Of a DNA stretch of 64,000 nt, positions 1 to 9,961 are shown one piece after another. The DNA comes from a plasmid. The DNA lies in the sequence record NZ_CP156668.1; one strand, written 5' to 3'. The notes beneath the pieces were generated by a model that saw nothing but the letters and a program-made list of their open reading frames with translations, made no database searches and was not told the DNA's origin. Within the stretch, counting starts at the first letter, position 1, and each line of letters starts with the position of its first letter. Both the position numbers and the translations under genes were made by a program.

Positions 1-59
1 TGCACTTACAATAACCTACCCAAAAACCTATGTCAATCGCATTTTTGAAAAAAGATACT

Positions 60-230
60 TTTACTATTGTATAAAAGTATCTTTTTATCTTTATATCTAA
101 AGATATATTTATCTTTTTATCTTTAGATAAATGTATTTCTTGATTTGTCGCTGTTTATTGTCCATATTTTTATATCTTTGTATCTTTAGATAAAAAGATA
201 AACTTATCTAAGGATACTTTTATCTTTTTA
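60..230. repeat. Array of palindromic TATCTTTAGATA / TATCTAAAGATA-type repeats upstream of parA (candidate centromere/iterons)
   Basis: Multiple copies of atctttagata / atctaaagatat and tatcttttta motifs within 170 bp directly upstream of the parA promoter/RBS. Confidence 0.6.
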
Positions 231-327
231 TCCTTGTAAAATTTTTTTTTTATATTATAATAAAAGTGCAAAAGGATACTTTAACAGAAAATAAAAATCA
301 TTTACTTATTTATATTAGGAGGCAAAC

Positions 328-1227
328 ATGCCACAAGTTATTATTAACGCACAACAAAAAGGCGGCGTTGGGAAAACAACTGATACCGTTATGGAAGCAA
401 TCGTAGCTTCTACAATATTTGATAAAAAAGTATTGGTGATTGATACAGATTTACAAGGTAACGCTACAGATTTTTTAGGCCGAACCTTTAATTTAAAGAA
501 AATAGATTACACACTTATGAGGTGCTTAGAAATAGGCGACCTAAGTAAAGGTATTGTAGAATTAAGCGATAATCTCGATTTGATCGGTTGTAAATATGAT
601 ATGCGTAAATACGGGGATTTTCTTATAGAAAAATTTGATAATATCTATGACCGTACTTTTTATATGTCAAACCTATTAGACGCCATCAAAGATCGTTATG
701 ACTATATATTTATAGACGTTCCACCTTCAACAGATTTAAAAGTTGATAATGCAATGGTTTGTGCGGATTATGTTGTGGTGGTCCAAGAAACACAACGATT
801 CTCTTTTGATGGATCTAAACGTTTAGTATTTTCTTACCTACAAAGTTTGGTTGATGATTTTGGATCGAAGGTAAAAGTACAAGTAGCAGGCGTTTTGCCT
901 GTACTCCTTCAGAATCGAAGAGAGTTACACAAAAAAATTGTTAACGACACAGTCTCTTTCTTTGGTCAAGATAATGTGTTCAACACAATCATCTCAAACC
1001 ATGCAAGGTTAGAATGGTATACAGCACAAGGTATACAATTTAATGATTTTCACGACAAAAAAATGTTTGCACTTTTTGCGGATATTTTTTGTGAATTAGA
1101 AGAAAGAATACAAGCCTTTGAAACTCAGGGAGATATATCTGACTACATATATAAACGTCGTTATTTGACAAAAGACAACAAACTTACGAAGCTTGGAAAG
1201 GGGTTAGATGTTAATGGGCTTAATTAA
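328..1227 (+). CDS. parA: ParA/Soj-family partition ATPase
   Basis: Deviant Walker A KGGVGKTT at N-terminus; strong SD aggagg 6 nt before ATG; followed by overlapping small partner gene. Confidence 0.9.
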   Translation: MPQVIINAQQKGGVGKTTDTVMEAIVASTIFDKKVLVIDTDLQGNATDFLGRTFNLKKIDYTLMRCLEIGDLSKGIVELSDNLDLIGCKYDMRKYGDFLIEKFDNIYDRTFYMSNLLDAIKDRYDYIFIDVPPSTDLKVDNAMVCADYVVVVQETQRFSFDGSKRLVFSYLQSLVDDFGSKVKVQVAGVLPVLLQNRRELHKKIVNDTVSFFGQDNVFNTIISNHARLEWYTAQGIQFNDFHDKKMFALFADIFCELEERIQAFETQGDISDYIYKRRYLTKDNKLTKLGKGLDVNGLN

Positions 1228-1534
1228 TCGAGGAAATAAAGAAACCGAATCACCAGAAGCACTCCATTCAGCTGATGTCAGTAGAGATACATCTTCTCTT
1301 AATCCAAAAACAACGGAAACAAAGAAATGGACTGGAGCAGAGAGGAAAAATATTAAAGTGGCTCCGCCTGTCTTAGATTTAATAAAAACAATGTGTAATA
1401 TGACCGACAAAAATAAACCAGAATCGAAAGCATATGGTTTAGTCAGTACGGCTGTAAATGAATATCTAAAAAATCACTTTACTGAAAGAGAACAAGAAAT
1501 TATTAGGAATAGCATCGAAATTAAATACCGGTAA
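1208..1534 (+). CDS. Small partition partner protein (ParB/ParG-like, type Ib)
   Basis: 108-aa ORF overlapping the parA stop by 20 nt, as in small-ParA/ParG operons; charged N-terminus; no clear motif recognised. Confidence 0.45.
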   Translation: MLMGLINRGNKETESPEALHSADVSRDTSSLNPKTTETKKWTGAERKNIKVAPPVLDLIKTMCNMTDKNKPESKAYGLVSTAVNEYLKNHFTEREQEIIRNSIEIKYR

Positions 1535-1559
1535 TACAATTTCAAAAAGACGTTATTAG

Positions 1560-1900
1560 AACTTACTTATTCTAATAACGTCTTTTGTATCTTTATATCT
1601 TTATATCTTTAGATACAAAGATACTTTTGAACTAAACTATTTTTTTAAGCTCACTTGAGTATTTCTAATTGGATACCTAATTTAAAAAAGGGTAGATTGT
1701 ACTATATCCTTGTATCTTAAGATACAAGGATATTTAGATATAAAAATTAAAATGACATATTAATAATGTAACTAGTGTTTAATGTTTAAATTACTAAGCT
1801 GCTAAGCTATTGGTCTTGCCATTTATATATGCTTTATTAAAAAGTATCTAAGTATCTTTAGATACAAAGATACTTAGATATTTAGATACTTTTGATATCT
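1560..1900. repeat. Second array of palindromic repeats (gtatctttagatacaaagatac; 30-bp perfect palindrome atatccttgtatcttaagatacaaggatat at 1704-1733)
   Basis: Same TATCT..AGATA core as upstream array; perfect 30-bp palindrome checked by reverse-complementing. Confidence 0.6.
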
Positions 1901-2009
1901 AGTACTTTTCACAATAGATATTGAAAATCTATTATAAGAAATTTTTTAGGAACTATAAACTGCTTTAAATTAACATTGATAACGATAGTTGCAATATACT
2001 CATCATCCT

Positions 2010-2612
2010 CTATAAATCATTAATCGACCTAGCATAGTTTCGAATTCGATAAACCTGTGTTCGTCCGATACCAGTTTCTCTGGAAATTTGCGCAATACTT
2101 TTTCCGTTCTTTATTCCGTTTAAAACCCCATTATATATGAAGCGTTTTGAACCATTTGGAGCATATTCTTTTTTTCTTCCTTTATATATGCCCTTTGCCT
2201 TAGCTATTTTTATTCCCTGACTTTGCCTTTTTAAGATTTTTTGGCGTTCTTCTTCTGCCGTATATTTGTATATTTCCAATACAAGATTTGTTAATAGAGC
2301 TCTTAAATTGCCGTCTTCAACACCTGCAAACGTAGGTAAATCTAGAACATCCAGAACTGCTCCTCTCCGTCTGATTTTATCAATAACATCTGTTAAATCA
2401 CGCGAATTACGCCCTAAGCGATCCAAACTTATTACTGTAACTACATCGTCATCATGAATATACTCCAGCATTTTTTTTAACTTTGGGCGTTCCATGTTTT
2501 TACCAGAAATTTTCTCTTCAAATATTTTTTGAACTCCGGCTTTTTTTAAGGCAAAGATTTGACGGTCTAAATTCTGATCAGTGGTAGACACTCGTGCATA
2601 TCCTATTTTCAA
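2010..2612 (-). CDS. Serine recombinase (resolvase/invertase family)
   Basis: [17 protein letters not shown] catalytic-Ser motif; C-terminal HTH; likely TTG start at 2612 preceded by aaaagggag SD (track ORF extends to 2666). Confidence 0.85.
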   Translation of the reverse strand: MKIGYARVSTTDQNLDRQIFALKKAGVQKIFEEKISGKNMERPKLKKMLEYIHDDDVVTVISLDRLGRNSRDLTDVIDKIRRRGAVLDVLDLPTFAGVEDGNLRALLTNLVLEIYKYTAEEERQKILKRQSQGIKIAKAKGIYKGRKKEYAPNGSKRFIYNGVLNGIKNGKSIAQISRETGIGRTQVYRIRNYARSINDL

Positions 2613-3036
2613 TTTTTTGACTCCCTTTTTAAAGTATTTATGTGACAACTCTATTGTGTCATACATAAATACCGAGATTTCAATAAACTAATTGTAACAC
2701 AATAGGGTACACTCTATTGTTACATCTATACTGTTGGTTTAATATTATAATATAGCTTATAAATTTGATTTGAACTCTAATCCGGATTAAACAAATTAAA
2801 GTGTAATAGTTCACACGTTAGCACTATTAACCTCCACTTAAGGCAAGTTTTTATATCTTTTAAAGAAACCATAAATAATTATATTCCGTTACATTATTAA
2901 GGTAGCGTCAAGAATGGATTGAAGTCAATATTTGAGACAGATTTTAAGAGACATTCAGAACCGCGTTTACCTTCCACAGCTCAAATAAATCATTAATCGC
3001 GATTAATAACTTATTTGAACCCTGGAAAGCATTAAA

Positions 3037-3879
3037 TCAGGCGGCCATTTGGCTCGTAAGTGTTGCAATTTCAACTTGTAAGGGGGCCTGGTAGCCCAGT
3101 GAACTATGAATTCTCTTCCTATTGTAGAAAGCATGCACATATTCAAAAAGGACGGCAGCGGCAGTTTCATAATCTTCAAAGACCGGCACTGGATAAACAC
3201 ATTCCTTTTTGAGGGAAGCGTGAAAGGATTCCATTGGCGCATTATCATACGGACAACCCTTACGGCTGTATGAGTGGCGGATATGTAGTTCAGTTAAACG
3301 TTGATTGTAATCATCACTGGTATACTGCGATCCTAAATCCGTATGGATAATCAGGTCCCCAGTAATGGTTCGATTTTTAACCGCGCTTTCAAGGGTCTTT
3401 AAGACTAAATCAGTATCCATCTTTTTTGAGAACGAATAGCCGATAATCCGTCGTGAGTGCAGGTCCATGATGGTTGATAAGTAACACCAGCCATTACGCT
3501 TCGTTTGAATATAGGTCATATCAGCGGTCCATTTTTGATTTAAACCAGTGATCGAGAAATCCTGCTTAAGCAAGTTGGGACGCTGTTCAACCTTGGTTTT
3601 GGAAGCCGAAGCCGCTTTCCACTTATTGACGGTAACGGAGTGGATATCCAGTTCCTTCATGAGCCGGGAAATCCGTCGTGGACTGCACCGAAGCTGCAGT
3701 GGTTGAAGTTCCAGATTCAATTCATGGTGGATCTTCATAACACCGTATCGCTGCTTAAATTCCGCAAAGATCCGCAGAATCCGTTGTTTCAAGTCCGCAT
3801 CTTCGGCCCGGCATTTTGAAGGTTTGGGGGATCGATAACGATAATACTGAGCTCGGGAAACACCGAGGATTCGGCACAT
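3037..3879 (-). CDS. IS3-family transposase OrfB (DDE integrase core)
   Basis: LWVADMTYI-like motif (WTADMTYIQT), DLGSQYTS, DNAPMESFH motifs typical of IS3 integrase domain. Confidence 0.85.
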   Translation of the reverse strand: MCRILGVSRAQYYRYRSPKPSKCRAEDADLKQRILRIFAEFKQRYGVMKIHHELNLELQPLQLRCSPRRISRLMKELDIHSVTVNKWKAASASKTKVEQRPNLLKQDFSITGLNQKWTADMTYIQTKRNGWCYLSTIMDLHSRRIIGYSFSKKMDTDLVLKTLESAVKNRTITGDLIIHTDLGSQYTSDDYNQRLTELHIRHSYSRKGCPYDNAPMESFHASLKKECVYPVPVFEDYETAAAVLFEYVHAFYNRKRIHSSLGYQAPLQVEIATLTSQMAA

Positions 3880-3932
3880 CTTGGTTACCTGGTGGTGATG
3901 GCTTTCTTGGTGAATGTAATCAAAGATATTGG

Positions 3933-4178
3933 TTACTTCTGCGCAAGGAAGCCCAGGGCTTTTTTTAGGATTTCGTTCTCCTCAGACAGCGAAACCAGTC
4001 GCTTTTCCATCGCTTTGATTTCGTCTGGCGATTTACCGGATTGAGTTTTGGCCTGGCCTGGATCCACTTATGAACTGTTGAATAGCCAATGCCATATTCT
4101 CTGGCCAGTTGGGCAGCTGATTCGCCTTGCTTATATAGGTTGATAATGTTTTGTTTGAATTCTTTGTCGTAACGAGTT
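3933..4178 (-). pseudogene. IS3 orfA (HTH) - start codon ATG->CTG and 1-bp deletion relative to the other copies
   Basis: MITE copy (18673) has ATG PTRYDKEF; this copy reads CTG; ggcctggcctgg here vs ggcctggccctgg in the 7107 copy shifts frame before GKSPDEIKAMEKRL. Confidence 0.55.
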
Positions 4179-4267
4179 GGCAGGTAAAAATTCCTTCCTT
4201 TTGAGAGATGATTTATTCATTATACCCTCTCTTAAAAGTTGTCTCAGGAATCAGCTTACATCCAACC

Positions 4268-4569
4268 ACATCAGAAGTAGCCATAAACGACGCTTTACAA
4301 TTACGACAAATGACGCGTTCTTTATGGAGTTCTAAATAAACTGGTTCACTCGCATTCGCTGCCAGATAGGTCACGCGTGATACGTAGTGTCCATTAGGAC
4401 TTAGCTCGCAAAAGCCACAGTTAGCGCAATGTTTCTGGTCGAACTTAACCGTGGCTATATATACTTTTGCGCGCTTAGCTTTAATCACTTGATAGTTATA
4501 TTTGTAAAAAACTACATTTGGGTCTTTAATACTGAGCGCAAATTTTATATTATTATCTACAGGGTCCAT
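4268..4569 (-). pseudogene. ISL3-family transposase N-terminal fragment, truncated by the IS3 insertion
   Basis: N-terminal zinc-ribbon HCANCG...CRNCK typical of ISL3 transposases; reading frame runs into IS3 terminal repeat at 4267. Confidence 0.6.
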
Positions 4570-4714
4570 AAGTTTTCACGTCCTTTAAAAATGATGCTGT
4601 AGTGGGTGGATTTTTTAGGTGCGAGGCTTATGGGCCTTTTTTATTTTGCACTAAAAAATCCTGCTAATAGATTACCATGTTAAGTAAGCTATCAACAGGA
4701 AAAAGTATAGAACC

Positions 4715-4747
4715 AAAAAACGTTCACCGCAAGTGAACGTTTTTTTG
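4715..4747. terminator. Bidirectional rho-independent terminator
   Basis: aaaaaacgttcac-cgcaa-gtgaacgttttttt perfect hairpin flanked by A/T runs, just downstream of brnQ stop. Confidence 0.8.
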
Positions 4748-4753
4748 ACTTAC

Positions 4754-6139
4754 CTATTTAGTTTGTGAAACGGTGTTGCAGGCGCTAACACGTTTGAAGA
4801 CGTGGACGGCAACCCCTAAAACGGCACCGACTAAGGCAGGGACTAACCAAGCTAAGCCGTAGTTGGCGAATGGCAAGTATGCCTGCTCGAAGCCAGTCAT
4901 CGCTTTACCGAAGCTACTTTGGCTGACGACCGCTGGAAAAGCAGTTACCATGTCGAAAAAAGCAGGAACAACGGTAAAGAGAACAACGAATTTATACACG
5001 ACTGGGTCTTTGTGGAACAGTGGTGAAGCGACCGACAATAAAATCAAGACCATTGATAGTGGGTATAAGAACATCAACATTGGCGTTGACCAAGCGATGA
5101 TTTGATTTAAACCGATATTAGCGGTCAAGAATGATGCCAGAGTAGTTAGAACTAACCAAGTGCGGTAGCTAACTTTGGGAAAATGTTTATGAAAGTCTTG
5201 GGCAAAAGCCGCAACTAAACCGATCGCCGTGGTTAAGCAAGTGACGGTGATCAAAGTGGCTAAGATGGCCTGACCAGCGACGCCCATATAATAATTGACA
5301 ATTTGGTCAAAAGCGATGCCACCATTAGCGGAAACTTTGAATTTACCTAAGGACATCGCGCCAACGAAGATCAAACCAACGTAGATGACGGCGATCATTG
5401 CCATTGCGAAGACGCCGGCACGGGCAGTGACCAGCGCGACACTGTTAGCGCGTTTTTTGCCTAAGGTGCGAACGGCGGTAACTACGGTGACCCCGAAGGC
5501 TAAGCCAGCTAAGGCGTCCATCGTGTTATAACCTTGCAAGAAACCATTGACGAAAGAGCCTGATGTATAAGCAGCGGTGGCGTGTTGAACACCGGCGTGG
5601 CCCATTGGTGAACTAAAAGCTAAGAAGAAAACGCCAGCTAATAAGACTAAGAAAACTGGATTTAATAACTTACCGATATTGTTGACGATTTTATTTTCCT
5701 CTAATGAGAAAAAGAGGGCTAAGCCGAAGAAAACAGCGGAGAAAACTAATAAACCAACTGTTTGGAAATTCTTTGGTACTAGTGGCGCTAAGCCAACCGT
5801 GTAGGAAACGGTGGCTGTCCGTGGTGTACCAAAAAGTGGGCCGATGGTGCCGTGGATCAAGATCATGAATAAGAGCGCGAATACGGGACCTAAAGGCCGC
5901 CCAACATCATAGACACCTTCGGAACGAGTGATACTGATTGCTAAAACGGATAATAATGGCAATAACACACCAGTGACTAAGAAGCCAAGCGCGGCAGGCA
6001 CCCAATTCTGTCCCGCTAGCTGGCCTAAATGTAATGGAAAAATCAAGTTACCAGCACCAAAGAATAGACCAAAAAGCATTGAACTAACCACGAAATAATC
6101 GCGTTTAGTGAGTTTACGTTCCTCTAACATAAGCAGCAC
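4754..6139 (-). CDS. brnQ: Branched-chain amino acid transport system II carrier (LIVCS family)
   Basis: N-terminal FGLFFGAGNLIFPLHLG signature; ~12 TM segments; 461 aa. Confidence 0.85.
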   Translation of the reverse strand: MLLMLEERKLTKRDYFVVSSMLFGLFFGAGNLIFPLHLGQLAGQNWVPAALGFLVTGVLLPLLSVLAISITRSEGVYDVGRPLGPVFALLFMILIHGTIGPLFGTPRTATVSYTVGLAPLVPKNFQTVGLLVFSAVFFGLALFFSLEENKIVNNIGKLLNPVFLVLLAGVFFLAFSSPMGHAGVQHATAAYTSGSFVNGFLQGYNTMDALAGLAFGVTVVTAVRTLGKKRANSVALVTARAGVFAMAMIAVIYVGLIFVGAMSLGKFKVSANGGIAFDQIVNYYMGVAGQAILATLITVTCLTTAIGLVAAFAQDFHKHFPKVSYRTWLVLTTLASFLTANIGLNQIIAWSTPMLMFLYPLSMVLILLSVASPLFHKDPVVYKFVVLFTVVPAFFDMVTAFPAVVSQSSFGKAMTGFEQAYLPFANYGLAWLVPALVGAVLGVAVHVFKRVSACNTVSQTK

Positions 6140-6623
6140 TCCTTAAATTTTGTAGGTTGTGGAAATGTGGTTCAAAGACTAAGCGTCTGTTGCCCCACGT
6201 TTAAATCATGAGTGTTGCCATTGCTAAGTCGACTTTAGTAATGGCGGCGATCATCCTGCGCGGGAATGATCACGATAAACAAAAAACGCCCAAACCTGAA
6301 AAATTAATTTCAGATAAGGACGTTAATAAACGTGTTACCACCTTGATTTGCCATTTTATCACGAAAACAGCCTCTTCGGGTACAAGCACCAATTGGTACG
6401 AAATACCCTAGCTCGATAATGGGAGCCCCCAATGAACGCTCAAAGGTGATTTTCTAATTGTCGCACCTTGACGTCCTTGCACCAAACGACGCTCGCTTAA
6501 CTGGTGAATACAATTATACTTTTCTTATCACAGCGTTTAATTTACTCATTGATTTATCATGTTGCTATAATTTAACGCGATTTTAAGTGTTTGTCAAGGA
6601 GGTGATAAAAATAAATTTATAAT

Positions 6624-7106
6624 TTAAGGCAGTAGTCCATATTGAATTAACGTGTCAATGCTATCTAATACGATGGTCGTATTATCAAAATGTGGCTGCC
6701 ATTTTAGGATATCTTGCGCTTTTTGGGTACTCAACTGACGATTGACGTGCACTAATAAATTGCCTTCGCGGGCGGTCTGGTTGAACAAAGCAGCGCTGCT
6801 TAAAAGCAAGTTCGGCATCGTTTTAGTGGGAATGTTTTGGGCAATTTGCGGTCGTTTTTGGCGAATCAGTGCTGCTATCTCTGGTAGTGATATCTGACCA
6901 GCAGCACTAGCCAGAAAACGTCGCCCGCCAGCGTGAGGTGCGGTCAGCGCACGAATGTGTAAGTCAGCAACATCGCGCACATCGATCAGATTGAGTGGGA
7001 TATTGGGAATCATTTTGGGACGACCGTTAAGTAAATTTTTCAATAGATCAAAGCTGCTAGAAACGTGGGCGTCTAATGCTGGGCCCATGATCGCCACCGG
7101 ATTGAG
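6624..7106 (-). pseudogene. NmrA/SDR-like NAD-dependent epimerase/dehydratase, C-terminal fragment (N-terminus replaced by IS3 end)
   Basis: ORF N-terminal 17 aa are encoded by IS3 left-end sequence; remaining ~160 aa resemble NmrA-like C-terminal region (weak). Confidence 0.4.
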
Positions 7107-7323
7107 TTTTGGCCTGGCCCTGGATCCACTTATGAACTGTTGAATAGCCAATGCCATATTCTCTGGCCAGTTGGGCAGCTGATTCGCCTTGCTTATATAG
7201 GTTGATAATGTTTTGTTTGAATTCTTTGTCGTAACGAGTTGGCAGGTAAAAATTCCTTCCTTTTGAGAGATGATTTATTCATTATACCCTCTCTTAAAAG
7301 TTGTCTCAGGAATCAGCTTACAT
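7107..7323 (-). mobile_element. Solo partial IS3 left end (217 bp) identical to 4033-4267
   Basis: Near-identical to full copy incl. terminal tacatcca; carries the undeleted ggccctgg version of orfA. Confidence 0.85.
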
Positions 7324-7586
7324 CCAGAATTTTTTATTTTCTGTCAGCGTTCATATATTCTGGAAAATTGTCTTCAACTTTATATTTATAGGAATCAAAT
7401 TCAGATGAACGCTTATCATAGAGCGCCATAAGTTTGTTATATTCGTACTCGTTATATTCTGCATTGTTTAATTTCTTTGGTTAAGCTGGGGCGTCTTCAT
7501 TTGGACGCTCGGTGGGGCCATTATCCTGCTTGTCAAATTATTAGGGGCCCTAGGCATGAACTATCGGTGAGTTAGTCTCGAACTGC

Positions 7587-7629
7587 AAAAAGATACTGTA
7601 TAGGCGACGCCTACACAGTATCTTTTTAA
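7587..7629. terminator. Bidirectional terminator
   Basis: aaaaagatactgtataggcg-acg-cctacacagtatcttttt hairpin downstream of the oxidoreductase gene. Confidence 0.75.
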
Positions 7630-7650
7630 ATTGGTCAGTTGGTTTAATAA

Positions 7651-9000
7651 CTAGTCATGGTGTAAAAGTGGTGTCAACATATCAATGATACCCACTGAAG
7701 CACTCGGAAAGGCAAAAATCTTCTGACTTAACGTGTTGGCTGAGACGTGATCAGTAATAATCATGGTCAGTAAGTTAATCAAGTCTGGCGCGCCATTACC
7801 ATAGATGGAGGCGCCAACAAGGTAATTCTCTTGGTCAAAGACCAGTTGTAGATCAGCATCGACCTCGTTTTGATACTGAAAGGCTAACAGTTTACCGTAT
7901 GGCAGTGCTTGAACGTGAAAGTGTTCAGTATCAAGCTTGGCGGCTTCGACAGGGATACCGACTTGTGCGATTCTTGGTAACGTAAAGACGACCGATGGAA
8001 TGACCGGATAATCAATCGCGGCCGTACTTCCAAGCAATTGGCCGGCAATGTAGTTAGACTCAAAGGTCGCGGTCGGTGTTAACTTCGGCAAAGTCTTGCT
8101 GATGACATCACCGCTAGCGTAAATGTTAGGAATATTTGTCCGCAAATGGTCGTCGATGATAATGCCGTGCCGATCGGTCTTAATGCCAACGTTCGTTAAC
8201 CCTAAGTGTTCGATGTTTGGAATCCGACCAGTGGCTGCGATGATGTCATCACTCTCAATGGTCAGGCCGTTCTTAGTGGTTGCCAATAATCCCGTGGCGC
8301 TTTTAGTCACTTGGCTAAGGGCTTCACCAAAGTGGAAGTGTACCCCGGCTGCCTGTAAATGTGCAATCATTTTTTCAACGTGCTCTGAATAAAATGCAGG
8401 TAGTGCCCGGTCGGCAAACTCAATAATATGCACTTCAGATCCTAGTAACACAGCCATGTTGGCAAATTCTAACGAGATAATTCCGGCACCAATCAAGGTC
8501 AACCGCTTGGGCATGGTTGGTAGGTCAAGAAAATCACGACTATCATGCATTAGATCAGCGCCCGGAATAGCTAATTTGGCTGGGCGCTGTCCGGTCCCGA
8601 CAACGATGGTATCCGCCGTATACGTGCTGCCGGCCACTTTAACAGTGTGCGTATCAGTCAGTTCGCCATGTCCTGTAATAATCTTAATCCCTAATTGCTT
8701 GAATACGGCCGTCATTTGTACCGATAAGGGTTGAATGACTTGCTGCTTATATGCCATCAACTGTGACCAATCGATACTGGGCGTTGTGTTGACACCAATC
8801 CCCTGGTATTGTTTGAGCTGTTCGGTCAGTTCGAAGGGGCCGTCTAACAGAATCTTAGCATCACAACCAAAGTTAGTGCATGTCCCGGCGATTGTATCCT
8901 CTTCAATGATTGCTACCTTTTGTTGCGCACGTGCAAGGGTCACTGCAGCGTGCCACGTCGCGTGACCGCTACCGATAAAAATTGTGTCATAATCTGCCAT
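7651..9000 (-). CDS. FAD/NAD(P)-dependent pyridine nucleotide-disulfide oxidoreductase (glutathione reductase family)
   Basis: GSGHA dinucleotide fold at N-terminus, redox-active CTNFGC disulfide motif; second GxGxxS/A NAD fold (LIGAGIISLE); 449 aa. Confidence 0.8.
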   Translation of the reverse strand: MADYDTIFIGSGHATWHAAVTLARAQQKVAIIEEDTIAGTCTNFGCDAKILLDGPFELTEQLKQYQGIGVNTTPSIDWSQLMAYKQQVIQPLSVQMTAVFKQLGIKIITGHGELTDTHTVKVAGSTYTADTIVVGTGQRPAKLAIPGADLMHDSRDFLDLPTMPKRLTLIGAGIISLEFANMAVLLGSEVHIIEFADRALPAFYSEHVEKMIAHLQAAGVHFHFGEALSQVTKSATGLLATTKNGLTIESDDIIAATGRIPNIEHLGLTNVGIKTDRHGIIIDDHLRTNIPNIYASGDVISKTLPKLTPTATFESNYIAGQLLGSTAAIDYPVIPSVVFTLPRIAQVGIPVEAAKLDTEHFHVQALPYGKLLAFQYQNEVDADLQLVFDQENYLVGASIYGNGAPDLINLLTMIITDHVSANTLSQKIFAFPSASVGIIDMLTPLLHHD

Positions 9001-9065
9001 TAAAGATTCCTCCTAAATTTATAATTCAGTCGTGCACGATTTAAACAGCCAATAAAAAGGCCCAT

Positions 9066-9503
9066 CTAGGCCAAATCTTGTGATAATGCGGTAATGATCT
9101 TCTGGTTCAAGGCCAAAGCCTGCTGATATTCATCGATGGTCAGATGGTAGCGACTGATACAAGTTGCAATCGCGGCTTCGATTGGTGCTTGTTGTTGCTT
9201 GCCTTGAGTTGTGAGATGAATAATCAATTGACGCCGATCCGTTGCTGGGCGCTCCCGTTGCAACCACCCGGCGTCTTCCATACGCCGCAAAAGTGGTGTC
9301 AGAGTGTTGCTACTTAAACGCAGAACTTGACCCAATTCGTGTAGTGACTGGTCGTTGCGTTCCCACAATGCCATTAGTACGAGATATTGTGCGTAAGTCA
9401 GCTTGAATGGCGTTAATGTTTCGACATAAAATTTGTTAAATAACCGATTGGCATTGTATATGCTAAAACAAAGTTGATTTGCTAGGTCAATTTCTAGTGT
9501 CAT
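9066..9503 (-). CDS. MarR-family regulator, OhrR-like (1-Cys peroxide sensor type)
   Basis: LANQLCFSIYNANR...TYAQYLVLMALWE...SNTLTPLLRRME closely parallels OhrR N-terminal Cys region and wHTH; likely start ATG at 9503 (track ORF starts further upstream at 9632). Confidence 0.7.
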   Translation of the reverse strand: MTLEIDLANQLCFSIYNANRLFNKFYVETLTPFKLTYAQYLVLMALWERNDQSLHELGQVLRLSSNTLTPLLRRMEDAGWLQRERPATDRRQLIIHLTTQGKQQQAPIEAAIATCISRYHLTIDEYQQALALNQKIITALSQDLA

Positions 9504-9517
9504 GCAGATGCCCCTTT

Positions 9518-9533
9518 CAATCGTGTACGATTG
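9518..9533. promoter_or_regulatory. 16-bp palindrome CAATCGT-GT-ACGATTG between putative -10 (TATACT) and SD of the OhrR-like gene: candidate autoregulatory operator
   Basis: Inverted repeat verified by reverse complement; -35 TTGTTT / 17 nt / -10 TATACT just upstream on minus strand. Confidence 0.5.
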
Positions 9534-9672
9534 ATTAATAGTATAAGCCCCTTTCTTAACAAAAACAAGGGGTAGTTCGATTTTTAATGGCACAGCCACG
9601 AACTTCGGACAATTTTTAATTTTCAAGAACAAGCTGCTTGGGTGGTGTCGTCAACTAGGCAGCGACTTCCGA

Positions 9673-9860
<188 letters not shown>

Positions 9861-9961
9861 TTTGAATTCACGGCCACTTAAATGTCTTAATTGGCATACA
9901 CCAATCAAGATCTTCTTGCTTAATTTACGTCATTAAATTCGTTCAAGTTATTTCTTGCAAT

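Larger units (their letters stand above)
2915..4267 (-). mobile_element. IS3-family insertion sequence (1353 bp), full-length copy
   Basis: Imperfect terminal IRs TGGATTGAAGTCAAT / TGGATGTAAGCTGAT; orfA + orfB with A_AAA_AAG slippery site; two shorter copies elsewhere in window. Confidence 0.85.

Noticed and set aside
1204-1410. Minus-strand 68-aa ORF overlapping the parA partner gene
   Set aside because: Antisense to the operon. The partner gene on the plus strand has operon logic and an SD.
2901-2914. 14-15-mer ggtagcgtcaagaa(t) shared between the IS3 right flank (2901) and the IS256 end (10643), considered as evidence that the IS3 inserted into an IS256 end
   Set aside because: An exact 14-mer recurrence is expected by chance several times in a 64-kb window when both strands are counted. 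Not significant without longer flanking similarity.
4863-5105. Plus-strand 80-aa ORF inside brnQ, and similar antisense ORFs inside other genes: 8123-8965 in the reductase, 14759-15816 in mapA, 20152-22650 in the GH32 gene, 38077-41130 in kdpA/B, 51764-52182, 57237-57503
   Set aside because: Fully embedded antisense to long, motif-supported genes. No RBS, and composition follows the sense-strand codon bias. Treated as ORF-finder noise.
6208-6411. 67-aa ORF in the brnQ upstream region
   Set aside because: Lies antisense within the putative T-box leader. No SD. More likely non-coding.
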